Notes: generated from the sequence alone by a model not told the origin. A stretch of 64,000 nucleotides of DNA from an uncultured Prevotella sp. (GCA_945869265.1 CAMBOI010000007.1:6985-70984), one strand, 5' to 3'; positions 19,382 through 28,788 are shown, counted from the stretch's first letter. Program-made: numbers and translations.

Positions 19382-20890
19382 ATGAAAAAGATACTCTTTA
19401 TCGTAATCTCCATCGTGATTGGCTGCCATTGCAGCATGGTTAAGGCACAAGGTAATGCCGACGCATTGATGAAACAGGCGCAGGATTTTCTAGCCAACAA
19501 GGAATATGTGAAGGCGCGAAGCACCTTCCTACATGCCTTCAATGCCTTTGTGGCTGCCGGACAGAGTGAAAAGGCAACGGTTTGTGGCACCAAGGTGGCT
19601 TGGCTCTATTATCGAGAGAACTACTATAAAGAGGCATTCGACATATTGAGAGCTGCCGACCAGGCTATCATTTCTGCCGAACAGAGAACTCATTCCCAGC
19701 ATCCCGACCTTCGTTATGCCACCACCAAGGAGCGACTGCAGATGTATGTGCGTCTGCGCAAGTCACAGAGTGCCGCCGAACAGCTTTCGCGTCTCGACGC
19801 ATACGCAAGTGCCGCTGCCAACGACTCGCTGAATAAAGACCTGCTCTACACCAAGGCCAGTCATTACTACACCTTCGGCATGACCGCCAAGGGTGATGAG
19901 GCTATCGACCAGCTCATCAAGGAATATCGTGAGGCAAAGCAATATGACAAAGTCATCGACACCTATCGCACCCTCATAGGTATAGCACGCAAGAGTGGTA
20001 ATGCCGCCATGACCTCGCGCACGTACGAACAATATATTATATGGAAGGACTCGGTGAAGGTGCTCAAGGCTCTCGACGAGATTAATGCCTTGAAGAAAGA
20101 ATGTAGCGAGAAGCAGACAACCATCGACGACAAGGAAAGTTCGTTGCGCAACCGTCAGTATGTCATTGTTGCACTGTGTATTCTTGCCGCCATCCTCGCT
20201 GGTGCACTCATCTTTGGAGCTATTGTCCTTGTGCGTTTCATTCTCCTCACTCGCAAGCAGAAGAAAGCTATTGAGGTGGCTCGTGAACATAACGAGCAGA
20301 AGAGCCGTTTCATACGCAATATCTCCGCACAGATATCACCTACACTCGGCAAACTTGATCCGAAGTTGCCGCCCGTCAAGGCTCTCAATGGCTTTATGGC
20401 TCATATCGAGGAGATGTCGCAGTTGGAGGATACAGTGGCTGAGCCTTGCGAGATGGAGGAGAGGAATATATCAGCTTTCTGCGACTCGGTTGCCAAGAAG
20501 ATGGAAGGCAAGATGGCTGACGGTGTCAATTTTGTTGTCAACGCTCCAAAGCTCAGTATGAAGCTTAATGCCGACATGCTCGAGCGCATTCTTCTCCATC
20601 TGCTTGATAATGCCGCCTATTACACTCCCGCAGGTGGCAAGATAACTCTCGAATACAAGAAGCGTGGAGCGCACACCCATCAGTTTGTGGTAAGCGACAC
20701 TGGCACAGGCATCCCCGAGGACAAGCGTGCCGACATATTCAAACCCTTTGCCGCTGTTCACGACCTCACCGAGGGCGACGGACTTGGTCTGCCCATCTGC
20801 TCGCTCATTGCAACGCGAATGAACGGCACGCTCTCCCTCGATGAGTCATATACAAAGGGTGCCCGCTTCGTGCTCGAATTGCATACATAA
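19382..20890 (+). CDS. TPR-containing membrane histidine-kinase-like protein with degenerate H-box
   Basis: Signal/TPR-like periplasmic part, one TM helix, then an H-box-like segment KSRFIRNISAQISPTL (Ala where the phospho-His is expected). The HATPase_c domain is intact: N box LLDNAAYYTP, G1 VSDTGTGIP, G2 GDGLGL. Start set to ATG 19382. Confidence 0.75.
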   Translation: MKKILFIVISIVIGCHCSMVKAQGNADALMKQAQDFLANKEYVKARSTFLHAFNAFVAAGQSEKATVCGTKVAWLYYRENYYKEAFDILRAADQAIISAEQRTHSQHPDLRYATTKERLQMYVRLRKSQSAAEQLSRLDAYASAAANDSLNKDLLYTKASHYYTFGMTAKGDEAIDQLIKEYREAKQYDKVIDTYRTLIGIARKSGNAAMTSRTYEQYIIWKDSVKVLKALDEINALKKECSEKQTTIDDKESSLRNRQYVIVALCILAAILAGALIFGAIVLVRFILLTRKQKKAIEVAREHNEQKSRFIRNISAQISPTLGKLDPKLPPVKALNGFMAHIEEMSQLEDTVAEPCEMEERNISAFCDSVAKKMEGKMADGVNFVVNAPKLSMKLNADMLERILLHLLDNAAYYTPAGGKITLEYKKRGAHTHQFVVSDTGTGIPEDKRADIFKPFAAVHDLTEGDGLGLPICSLIATRMNGTLSLDESYTKGARFVLELHT

Positions 20891-20962
20891 TCGCGGTATT
20901 TACTGAACGCCGGAGAATTTTGCCGATAATTCATAGTAGCTGTGCTTGCTCTGTCAAGGATA

Positions 20963-21002
20963 TGACAGCCGACTGCCAAAGCGATGGCAGGCGCCTATCA
21001 TC
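20963..21002 (+). terminator. hairpin downstream of the kinase-like gene
   Basis: ctgccaaagcgatg (20963-20976) and catcgctttggcag (20989-21002) form a perfect 14-bp stem with a 12-nt loop. No T-run follows. Confidence 0.45.
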
Positions 21003-21257
21003 GCTTTGGCAGAGACTGAGAGGACGTTAGGACATGTGATTTGACAAGCTATCGTAATACTGTAAAGATACTTTACATTTTTACCAATTGTCCCATGGTG
21101 TTGGGAGTTGCCAATTCGACATTCCCTGTATTTTTCCAGATTATTATTTTTTTGATTCGGCTGAAATATCCATGCTATGTCTTAAGTGGTCATAAAAATT
21201 AAATTATTGTAAAAATCCACCTTTCTAACCACCAAATTAATGGTTAAACCATAAAAA

Positions 21258-21292
21258 AATTTCCAGATTGACTGATGAATTTCCAGATTGAC
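21258..21292 (+). promoter_or_regulatory. direct-repeat operator 2 x AATTTCCAGATTGAC, 20-bp phase
   Basis: The repeats are identical 15-mers at 21258-21272 and 21278-21292. The second ends 23 nt upstream of the -7 box at 21316. A partial copy TTTCCAGATT is at 21133-21142. Confidence 0.55.
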
Positions 21293-21315
21293 AAGTCAAA
21301 TTAAAATTTATTTAT

Positions 21316-21323
21316 TAACTTTG
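21316..21323 (+). promoter_or_regulatory. -7 promoter box TAacTTTG
   Basis: ttaTTAACTTTGcat. It would give a leader of about 130 nt before ATG 21459. Confidence 0.4.
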
Positions 21324-21458
21324 CATTAATATTAGGTGGTATTATCCACGCATTATTTACGAGGTGTTCTCTATTCGATGATATATGAAAAAAAGAACAT
21401 TAACGTGATATTCTTAGAACAAACAAAAGAATCAAAAAACATAACATAATCAAATATT

Positions 21459-22649
21459 ATGGAACATGAGATGTTCACATTGGAGGCGATAGCTCATTAC
21501 ACTCGTGGAGCCACGACCTTATTCTATATCTTCTGGAGCGTCTTACTTCAGAAATACAGACACCGCAACCGAATGATGCGCCTGCTTCATTTGGCCTCTG
21601 TCTTATTGGCAATATGCTATATCAAGGATTTTGTTTTTCTGATCGACGATTTGAAGTATTCGGAATACCTCAATGATCTTGCAGGTATTATTGATATGCT
21701 GTATTTGCCCGTGATTGCCAGTTTCTTCCTCGAAGTGGCCAAGCCTGGGGCTGTGAGCGACAGGAACATGTATCTCTACATAGTCATCCAATCGGCATTT
21801 GTGCCTTTGTATGTCATTTTCCCTATTGATGCGGTGTGTATGTTTTCCGAGTTTTTGGCTTATATCGTGTCAGCAACTACGGTTGTTTACATTACAATCT
21901 TCGTGATAAAGTATCGTCGGCGAATGTTCGAACATTATTCCTACACCGAGAATATCGATGTGAGATGGGTAATGTTCTCCTGCTATGCCTATTTTGCCTC
22001 ACTGTTACTCTATTCATTGTCGTTCGGCTCAACCACATGGATTAGCGAGACCGGATTCAATATTGTCGGTATGCTGTTATGGGCTATAGTGTTTAGAATG
22101 GCAAGCAGGCATCGTGTCATGAGGATGCTTGCCGCGCGAACTGATGCAAGCAAAGACAGCAACGTAATTGTTGAAAATGATATAGCGGAAAGTATTATTC
22201 CTGAGGATAATGCTGAATTTGACAGTGAGGAAAGCGCCGAGGATATCTGTAACCAAAGTGATTATAAAAAAATGAATATGAAAAATATGATGGCACGCGA
22301 GACGCTCATCCGCAAGCGTCTCGACTATGTTATGACAGAGCGCAAACTCTATCTCAGTCCGAAAATTACAGTTATGGACCTTGCGGCGGCAATAGGTACC
22401 AATAAAACCTACTTGTCTCTATTTCTTAATAATAACCTCCACATGGCTTTCTATGACTTTGTCAACAAGTACCGCATAGATGAAGCATGTAGAATCATGG
22501 GAGAAATGACCGACAATCACAAGATGATGATGACAGAAGTGGCAGCTGCAAGCGGATTCAATTCCCTGTCGTCTTTCAATCGCTATTTTATTAAGATTAA
22601 GGGAATTAGCCCCAGTGAGTATCTTAATGCGAATAAAAAAATTAAATGA
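21459..22649 (+). CDS. membrane-integrated AraC/XylS-family transcriptional regulator
   Basis: The N-terminal ~220 aa contain about 6-7 hydrophobic helices. An acidic linker follows, then a C-terminal HTH_AraC domain (MTEVAAASGFNSLSSFNRYFIKIKGISPSEY). Confidence 0.85.
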   Translation: MEHEMFTLEAIAHYTRGATTLFYIFWSVLLQKYRHRNRMMRLLHLASVLLAICYIKDFVFLIDDLKYSEYLNDLAGIIDMLYLPVIASFFLEVAKPGAVSDRNMYLYIVIQSAFVPLYVIFPIDAVCMFSEFLAYIVSATTVVYITIFVIKYRRRMFEHYSYTENIDVRWVMFSCYAYFASLLLYSLSFGSTTWISETGFNIVGMLLWAIVFRMASRHRVMRMLAARTDASKDSNVIVENDIAESIIPEDNAEFDSEESAEDICNQSDYKKMNMKNMMARETLIRKRLDYVMTERKLYLSPKITVMDLAAAIGTNKTYLSLFLNNNLHMAFYDFVNKYRIDEACRIMGEMTDNHKMMMTEVAAASGFNSLSSFNRYFIKIKGISPSEYLNANKKIK

Positions 22650-22653
22650 GAAA

Positions 22654-22690
22654 AAGTGGCTTTTCCACCGCGAAAAGTCACTTTTTTCTT
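22654..22690 (+). terminator. rho-independent terminator
   Basis: aagtggcttttc (22654-22665) and gaaaagtcactt (22672-22683) form a 12-bp stem with 1 mismatch, followed by a T-run. Confidence 0.65.
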
Positions 22691-22716
22691 TATTGACCGA
22701 AAGATTTCTTTATTGA
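22684..22716 (+). promoter_or_regulatory. direct-repeat operator 2 x TTTCTTTATTGAC, 20-bp phase
   Basis: Repeats at 22684-22696 and 22704-22716. The second ends 24 nt upstream of the -7 box at 22741. It shares the frame TTTCnnnATTGAC(AAGT) with the operator at 21258-21292. Confidence 0.55.
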
Positions 22717-22740
22717 CAAGTGACTTTCGGATATTTTTCG

Positions 22741-22748
22741 TAACTTTG
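22741..22748 (+). promoter_or_regulatory. -7 promoter box TAacTTTG
   Basis: cgTAACTTTGcagcc lies 30 nt upstream of ATG 22779. Confidence 0.55.
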
Positions 22749-22778
22749 CAGCCAAAATATATAATTAACTAAAAAATA

Positions 22779-25700
22779 ATGAGTATGAAGACAAAATTAC
22801 ATCTTATCATTATGAGCCTCGTCCTGCTGTTTGTGGCGGGAGGGCAAAGTGTATGTCTTGCGGCTGAGTCGTGGAGTTATCCTTCAAGCAAGCCGGTAAC
22901 ACCTTTCGGCGGTGGTAAGGGTTCAAAGAGTAATCCTTATATAATCTCAACAGCCCAGCATCTTGCCAATTTGTCGTGGATGATAAGCAATGGAGAAGAT
23001 TACAAGGGCGACTATTTTGTCATGACCAACGACATCGTGATGAACGATAATGTGATTGATGCCAATGGAGAATACAATAAATATAAATGGGCATCTTTCA
23101 CTCCATGGTTTAGCGCGGGAAAATACAACTCAGGTTTTGACGATGAGTTTATGGGTCATTTTGACGGCAAGGGCCATTGCATAAGTGGAATGTACATTGT
23201 TTACATAGAAGGCAATAATGGGTTCTATGGATTGTTTGGCCGTGCAGAGGATGCCACCATCAAGAATCTTACCATCAAGGACAGTTATATGGATGTTAGT
23301 TCATGGACTCCAGAAACAGGTGACTATTTTCGCAAGTCCGCCGGTTTTATAGTAGGATACTTGGAAAGTGGCACCACAAAAATCAATATTAACAATTGCC
23401 ATGTAGTGAACAGTGTAATAGAAAATAATTCACCTAACTGCTACATTGGAGGCGTTGCAGGAGCTTTAAAACTCTGTATGATTTCAAACTGTAGTTTTTC
23501 GGGTAAGATCTACAACAATGCAATGAATGTATATTGTGGAGGTATTGCTGGAGTTGTACTGCGAGCCACGTTTGACTACTCTTCTGACAACAACAAAATT
23601 TACAATTGTGCCACTGACGGCACTATCACAGCAATGAACGGATTCATTGGAGGAATGTTTGGCTGGATTAGTTGTGCTAAGGTGAACAACTCTGTCAGTA
23701 AGATGAATATAATAGTATCGCCACAATATTGTGATGATTCGGGATATTATTTATATATAGGAGGATTTGCTGGGAAATCTTCTAGGGAAATTAAATATGA
23801 AGAATGTGCACAAATCGGAAACATCGAAGCCAAGGATGAATTCAATTTAAAGTATAATCTTAGTTCTAATTATCTTCAAGTAGCAATTTCAGGGTTTACT
23901 AATTCATCTGGTGATGCATCGATTGCTGCAAAAGACAATCAATATTTTTATGATTGCGTGTCGATAGGCGACATTGATTTATCATTGCATATGAGACGAA
24001 AAACCTTTTCTGCTTTTTCAGGGTTTGTAACCCATACGGATTTTAAATATACTTTTTATGCTTTTGATTTGTTTGCAAAGCGTTGTATATCGTACCACAA
24101 GGTGCGTTATTTGAATGATTACCCTTACCCTCATTGTTTTTACCCTATGTTCGGCTATCCAAGAGCTGAATATAAATACGTTGATGAAGCGGAGGACCTT
24201 TACTGCGGAATAGATGTGTTGGAAGGTCCCGTTCGTTATTGGGAAGGAGATAATGTTGGCGAAAAAATTTCTTTGGATGCAATCAAGGCTAAGATACCAG
24301 CACTTAATGCTGCTGCCAAAAGTGATAAATGGGCAATGTTTACCGAAACGGATGATGAGTCGTACAAGGGACTGCCAATGCTGAAAATGTTTGGCGGAAC
24401 ATCAGGCGTATATGAAGGAGCAGGTACTGCATCATCGCCCTACATCATAAGGACAGAGTCGGATTTGAAGTCGCTGCAGACTTCCATCAGTTCTGGAAGC
24501 AATATTGAGGGTAAATATTTCAGATTGGATGCCGACATATATGGCGGAAATATTTCCACCATAGGTGAGAGTAGCGACAAGCCGTTCAAGGGACATTTCG
24601 ACGGCAACGGTCATGCTATCATAGGTCTTCGCCGCTGTCTGTTCGGCTATATGTATGGCACGGTGAAGAACCTCACGCTGCTCGAAGCCGACGTAAGCAG
24701 CCAGAGCGACGGCGCGATACTTGCGATGTATATAGGCAATAGCGAGGGAAGCGTGAACGCTGAGATAAGCAACTGCTATGCAAGTGGCATAGTAAACGTT
24801 AAAAGGGGATGGAGCGAGGCCATAACTGCCATCGGAGGATTGTGCAACCATATTTACGCTGGCTCAAAAGTCCACGACTGCTACTTCAAGGGCACGCTGC
24901 AGGCAAGCAACGACTCCTTCACAGGCAACTATATGGCTGCGGGCATAGCCGTCTTCAATAGCAACAAAAATGGAATATATAACTGCTATGCGTCGTTTGA
25001 CGTGAAGCAATCGGGAAGCTTCATCGGCGGAAGCAATGTTTATGGCATCAGCGACTACGGCATGAGCAACTGCTATGCCATTGTCTCAACTACGCGAACC
25101 GACAGCGGCTGCACCCAGCTCAATGCCGAGGCTGAGCTAAGTGCGTCAGCCCTTGGCGACCAGTGGATTCAGGGTCTTTACCGTCCAGTGCTTAAAGGCA
25201 CGAAATACTACGAGGTGACAACTTCCGAGGGCGACATAACCTATCTTGATGGCATACCCGCCGAGGTTGCCGTTGAAGACGGTGAGGTGGCAAATGCTGC
25301 CCGTCGTGCCAATGCGAGAGGCACTGACGAGAATGCCGATGCCTTGAAGTCGAACTACATCACCTGTTATGTGCCTAAGTCGGAGGAAGAGCTGCACGAC
25401 GTCATACTGTGGTCTCTCCCCAACGTGGCCATCTATTCAGCCGAAGACAAGATGGACGTAATCCCGAATTTCTACCTCGACAACCGCGAGGACTTGCAAT
25501 ATACTCCTACGCCAGGTGCTACTAAGGCCATGGGAGCGATGTACTATCCGCTACAGCCGAACTCCACGGGTTGGCACATGCTCTGCCTGCCAGGCTACGT
25601 CACCAAGGACTTGTTCCCCGAGAGCAGCCGCCTATTCGTTGTTGACGGTGTTGACAATGCTGCCATGACGGTTCTGGTGAGCGAGGTTGACACCATCTCA

Positions 25701-26090
25701 CCCGCCACACCATTCATCGCCTATATTCCGTTGGAGGAAGAGAACGTTAACCTCGTGTCGTTCGGCGACCTCGTGTTCACCCCTCGCACCGCGAGCGCAA
25801 CGAGTCCGCTAATGGGTACATTCGCCAATACCACACAGTCAGACTGCTGCACCGAGCTGTCGGCAGACGGCAAGACAATGCTTCATAGTCTCGTCTGCGA
25901 CATCAAGCCCTTCCAGGCATGGCTTCCTGGAGTGAGTGGCGACATGGCTTTCTCAGCTACCCCAACGGGCATAAAGCTCATAGGCAGGGACAGCGACGGC
26001 AATGAGCGCATCTATAACCTCCGCGGCATAGAGATGAAGACCGAGAAGGGCATATATATAAAAGGGGGAAAGGTGAGAATTAAAAATTAG
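22779..26090 (+). CDS. large secreted surface protein with two GLUG-type modules and a T9SS C-terminal sorting tail
   Basis: Signal peptide. Two copies of the module PYII(S/R)T...L..L...I..G...G.YF.L..DI....F.GHFDG.GH.I.G (residues ~50-135 and ~550-625), resembling GLUG-motif adhesin/protease heads. C-terminus RIYNLRGIEMKTEKGIYIKGGKVRIKN resembles a Por/T9SS CTD. Confidence 0.7.
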   Translation: MSMKTKLHLIIMSLVLLFVAGGQSVCLAAESWSYPSSKPVTPFGGGKGSKSNPYIISTAQHLANLSWMISNGEDYKGDYFVMTNDIVMNDNVIDANGEYNKYKWASFTPWFSAGKYNSGFDDEFMGHFDGKGHCISGMYIVYIEGNNGFYGLFGRAEDATIKNLTIKDSYMDVSSWTPETGDYFRKSAGFIVGYLESGTTKININNCHVVNSVIENNSPNCYIGGVAGALKLCMISNCSFSGKIYNNAMNVYCGGIAGVVLRATFDYSSDNNKIYNCATDGTITAMNGFIGGMFGWISCAKVNNSVSKMNIIVSPQYCDDSGYYLYIGGFAGKSSREIKYEECAQIGNIEAKDEFNLKYNLSSNYLQVAISGFTNSSGDASIAAKDNQYFYDCVSIGDIDLSLHMRRKTFSAFSGFVTHTDFKYTFYAFDLFAKRCISYHKVRYLNDYPYPHCFYPMFGYPRAEYKYVDEAEDLYCGIDVLEGPVRYWEGDNVGEKISLDAIKAKIPALNAAAKSDKWAMFTETDDESYKGLPMLKMFGGTSGVYEGAGTASSPYIIRTESDLKSLQTSISSGSNIEGKYFRLDADIYGGNISTIGESSDKPFKGHFDGNGHAIIGLRRCLFGYMYGTVKNLTLLEADVSSQSDGAILAMYIGNSEGSVNAEISNCYASGIVNVKRGWSEAITAIGGLCNHIYAGSKVHDCYFKGTLQASNDSFTGNYMAAGIAVFNSNKNGIYNCYASFDVKQSGSFIGGSNVYGISDYGMSNCYAIVSTTRTDSGCTQLNAEAELSASALGDQWIQGLYRPVLKGTKYYEVTTSEGDITYLDGIPAEVAVEDGEVANAARRANARGTDENADALKSNYITCYVPKSEEELHDVILWSLPNVAIYSAEDKMDVIPNFYLDNREDLQYTPTPGATKAMGAMYYPLQPNSTGWHMLCLPGYVTKDLFPESSRLFVVDGVDNAAMTVLVSEVDTISPATPFIAYIPLEEENVNLVSFGDLVFTPRTASATSPLMGTFANTTQSDCCTELSADGKTMLHSLVCDIKPFQAWLPGVSGDMAFSATPTGIKLIGRDSDGNERIYNLRGIEMKTEKGIYIKGGKVRIKN

Positions 26091-26107
26091 AATTTAGGAA
26101 TTAGAAA
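26080..26107. repeat. tandem heptamers TTA(A/G)(A/G)AA
   Basis: ttaaaaa ttagaat ttaggaa ttagaaa spans the stop codon (26088-26090) of the GLUG-type gene. Confidence 0.7.
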
Positions 26108-26145
26108 TGAGATTAAAATAATTCAGATATTCAATAATAATTATT

Positions 26146-28458
26146 ATGAAGCGTTTATTATCTTTTTTTATAGTATTATCTCTGATAGGTTCTGCTTTTG
26201 CTCAACGGCTTACGGAACAGGAAGCAAAGGAGAGGGCATTGGCCTTTCTTCAGTCAAAACAGGGAAATGTGCAAACCAGAAATGCGGGGATAAAATCCAC
26301 GACTTTGTCACCTGTGTCTCTTGGCATTGATGGAGTATATGTGTTCAATGTTGATGGCGGAGGATATGTAGTAGCAGGTGGTGATGCTCGTGTTCTCCCC
26401 GTATTGGGCTATGGTGACAATGGAGCGTTGTCTGCCGAGGCGATTCCATCCAATATGAAGGCATGGTTGGAGGGATACGCACGTCAGGCGGCTTTTGCCT
26501 CTGAGCACAACCTGGACTGTTCGTTGAAGGCGGTAACTGCCGACCATGAACCCATAGAGCCAATGGTTAAGTCGAAATGGGGACAGGAACGCCCTTACAA
26601 TCTTATGACCCCATTTGCTAATAAGAATGCCACTTCAGGAGCCAATTGTCCTACAGGATGTGTGGCTACAGCAATGGCACAGGTGGTTAATTACTACAAA
26701 TGGCCAGAGAAGGCTGAAGGTATTGGTACAGCACGTGACCATTTTAATCAGAACTACCAAATAGACATGAGCAACGATTATTTCGATTGGGACAATATTT
26801 TAGATATTTATACCAACGAGAAAAGCGAGGTTATTGCAGGCAACGAAACCCAGTGGAATGCCGTTGCGTTGCTGATGCGCGACATAGGATACTCGGTCAA
26901 GTCTAACTATAAGAGGGAATCCACAGGCTCTAAGTCTTACAACATCCCCTTTGCCTTGGTTAATAACTTCGGCTTTGACAAGGGTGCCCACATGGACTAT
27001 CGCAATTGGTACACCGATGAGCAATGGGACAGCCTTATTTATGATAATCTATCCAAATACGGACCAGTCATCTATTCAGGAGTAACTAAGGCTCGAGAGG
27101 GGCATGAGTTTGTCTGCGACGGCTATCGTGGTGATGGTTACTATCATTTTAATTGGGGCTGGGATGGCCTCTCCGATGGCTATTTCCTGCTTTCTTCACT
27201 CAGTCCTGAACACCAAGGTCTTGGAGGTAGTATGGATATTCTTGCCTTTGACTACAATCAAGACGCTGTCTTTGGCGTATGCAAACCAAGAGAGGGCAGC
27301 AAGGCAGTTTTGAATATCAGTCAGAATGAGGATCTGCTAAGCTATGAGGGTAAAATGTCTGGATTGATTAATATTCTTGTATCAGTAGAGGAGGATGTCG
27401 ATTTTGGATTGTGGACAAAGGATTTGACAACTGGCGAAGAAACATTCCGTTATGGAGAGACAAAACATATTGATGCTCCCGCAATGCTTGAAGAATTACC
27501 CATTAATTGCGAAGTGCCTGATGGAAAGTACAAGGTGAAGCCTATATACAGGAGGTCAGGCGAAAGTGAATGGAGATTCTTTAGAGTTGGACAGTCAATC
27601 CGCGACTATGTTATGCTTACCGTTGTTGACGGAGTGCAGATTTACGACATTGACGTGCCTTTTAAATACAATGAGGTGCAATTGGGTAAAACGTGCGTCT
27701 TGCTTAATAAGGAATCCTATGCCAACCTCGCAGTTCGTGGTAATGGAGCATATCATGAAGCAGATATTAGCTACAAGTTGATTGACGAGCAGACAGGTGA
27801 TGTCCTTATGGAAGGCGAGCATACTAAGGTGTCGCTCTCAATGAATCTTAAAAATGTAGAACTGGTATTAAAGGCAAGTAATATAGATCTTGCCCACACC
27901 TATAAGCTTCAGGTGTTTGATGCAGACAGTCTTTTGGTTGAGCAGGCGGGCATTAAGGCTTTTGACACTCCATATCTTGAGGAAATCCAGCCTCTGACAA
28001 TAGTTGAAGCTGTAGATGGCGAGCTGTACAGGAATTTGGAAGATATAGTTGTAAAGTTTGAATACAAGGTCATTGGCGACTGTCCCGTGGATAATGTATC
28101 ATTGGATTTTAATTCAATTTGGGAAGGTAGTTCCGTCATAGATGAATATTTGATTATTAATGATAATGTGTATTCATTTGAAAAACACTATGCTCCATCA
28201 GATTTTGATTTGGAAGATGCGGAGGAACTTGAACTTGCCATTAAGTTCAAATATGGAGGCAAGAATATCATGCGTCTGAAGGACGGTAGTGAGATTAAGT
28301 TGAAGGTGATGGTTGTTGATGATGCCCCGTCTGGCATTGACGGCATCACCATTAATGACCGGGCAAAGCGAGAGCGCATCTATGACCTTCGCGGCATTGA
28401 GATGAAGTCCGAGAAGGGCATATATATAAAAGGTGGAAAGGTGAGAATTAAGAATTAG
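26146..28458 (+). CDS. C10 (streptopain/SpeB-like) cysteine peptidase with N-terminal inhibitor propeptide and T9SS C-terminal sorting tail
   Basis: KSKWGQERPYNLMTP....CPTGCVATAMAQVVNYYKWP (catalytic Cys context) and GHEFVCDGY..YHFNWGWDG..DGYF (His/Trp region). The N-terminus EAKERALAFLQSK is Spi-type propeptide-like. The C-terminus RIYDLRGIEMKSEKGIYIKGGKVRIKN is nearly identical to that of the upstream gene. Confidence 0.85.
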   Translation: MKRLLSFFIVLSLIGSAFAQRLTEQEAKERALAFLQSKQGNVQTRNAGIKSTTLSPVSLGIDGVYVFNVDGGGYVVAGGDARVLPVLGYGDNGALSAEAIPSNMKAWLEGYARQAAFASEHNLDCSLKAVTADHEPIEPMVKSKWGQERPYNLMTPFANKNATSGANCPTGCVATAMAQVVNYYKWPEKAEGIGTARDHFNQNYQIDMSNDYFDWDNILDIYTNEKSEVIAGNETQWNAVALLMRDIGYSVKSNYKRESTGSKSYNIPFALVNNFGFDKGAHMDYRNWYTDEQWDSLIYDNLSKYGPVIYSGVTKAREGHEFVCDGYRGDGYYHFNWGWDGLSDGYFLLSSLSPEHQGLGGSMDILAFDYNQDAVFGVCKPREGSKAVLNISQNEDLLSYEGKMSGLINILVSVEEDVDFGLWTKDLTTGEETFRYGETKHIDAPAMLEELPINCEVPDGKYKVKPIYRRSGESEWRFFRVGQSIRDYVMLTVVDGVQIYDIDVPFKYNEVQLGKTCVLLNKESYANLAVRGNGAYHEADISYKLIDEQTGDVLMEGEHTKVSLSMNLKNVELVLKASNIDLAHTYKLQVFDADSLLVEQAGIKAFDTPYLEEIQPLTIVEAVDGELYRNLEDIVVKFEYKVIGDCPVDNVSLDFNSIWEGSSVIDEYLIINDNVYSFEKHYAPSDFDLEDAEELELAIKFKYGGKNIMRLKDGSEIKLKVMVVDDAPSGIDGITINDRAKRERIYDLRGIEMKSEKGIYIKGGKVRIKN

Positions 28459-28485
28459 TAAACATCGTTCGACGAAGTTAATTAT

Positions 28486-28530
28486 ATCCGCGCAACGACT
28501 TATCGGAGAGTTGTTGCACGGATTTGTTTT
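28486..28530 (+). terminator. rho-independent terminator
   Basis: atccgcgcaac (28486-28496) and gttgcacggat (28513-28523) form an 11-bp stem with 1 mismatch, followed by ttgtttttat. Confidence 0.65.
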
Positions 28531-28743
28531 TATAAAAAACGTCTGTCTTTTCTGTCAACCTATACATGTCATTTACTGTTTAAATTCAACTATCTTTTTA
28601 GTTCGATGGCGCAAAAGTAGTCCATTGTCTTATATCTACAAAGGGATTTACACTCTTTTACTACAATTTTAGTTGAATTTAATGTTCTGATATGTTTTTT
28701 CTATAAATACCGTTAAAATCTTGTCAGTGTCAGCAATTATGTG

Positions 28744-28751
28744 TATATTTG
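28744..28751 (+). promoter_or_regulatory. -7 promoter box TAtaTTTG
   Basis: gtgTATATTTGcacc lies 37 nt upstream of ATG 28789. Confidence 0.5.
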
Positions 28752-28788
28752 CACCGTTAATCATGATTATTAAATAATAGGATGTAAT

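Noticed and set aside
21095-21130. ttgtcccatgg...ccaattcgacattccc upstream of the AraC gene, loosely resembling the TGTCCCA / CCATTCGTCACAT boxes of the LytTR cassettes.
   Set aside because: Order, spacing and sequence differ (gaps are needed to align), and there is no adjacent -33/-7 promoter. It is probably coincidental.
28612-28619. Minus-strand TActTTTG box in the spacer after the C10 gene that could drive a ~100-nt antisense/sRNA transcript ending at the 28486-28523 hairpin.
   Set aside because: A 6-position motif is expected by chance in AT-rich spacers of this size. There is no -33 element or conserved structure to support it.
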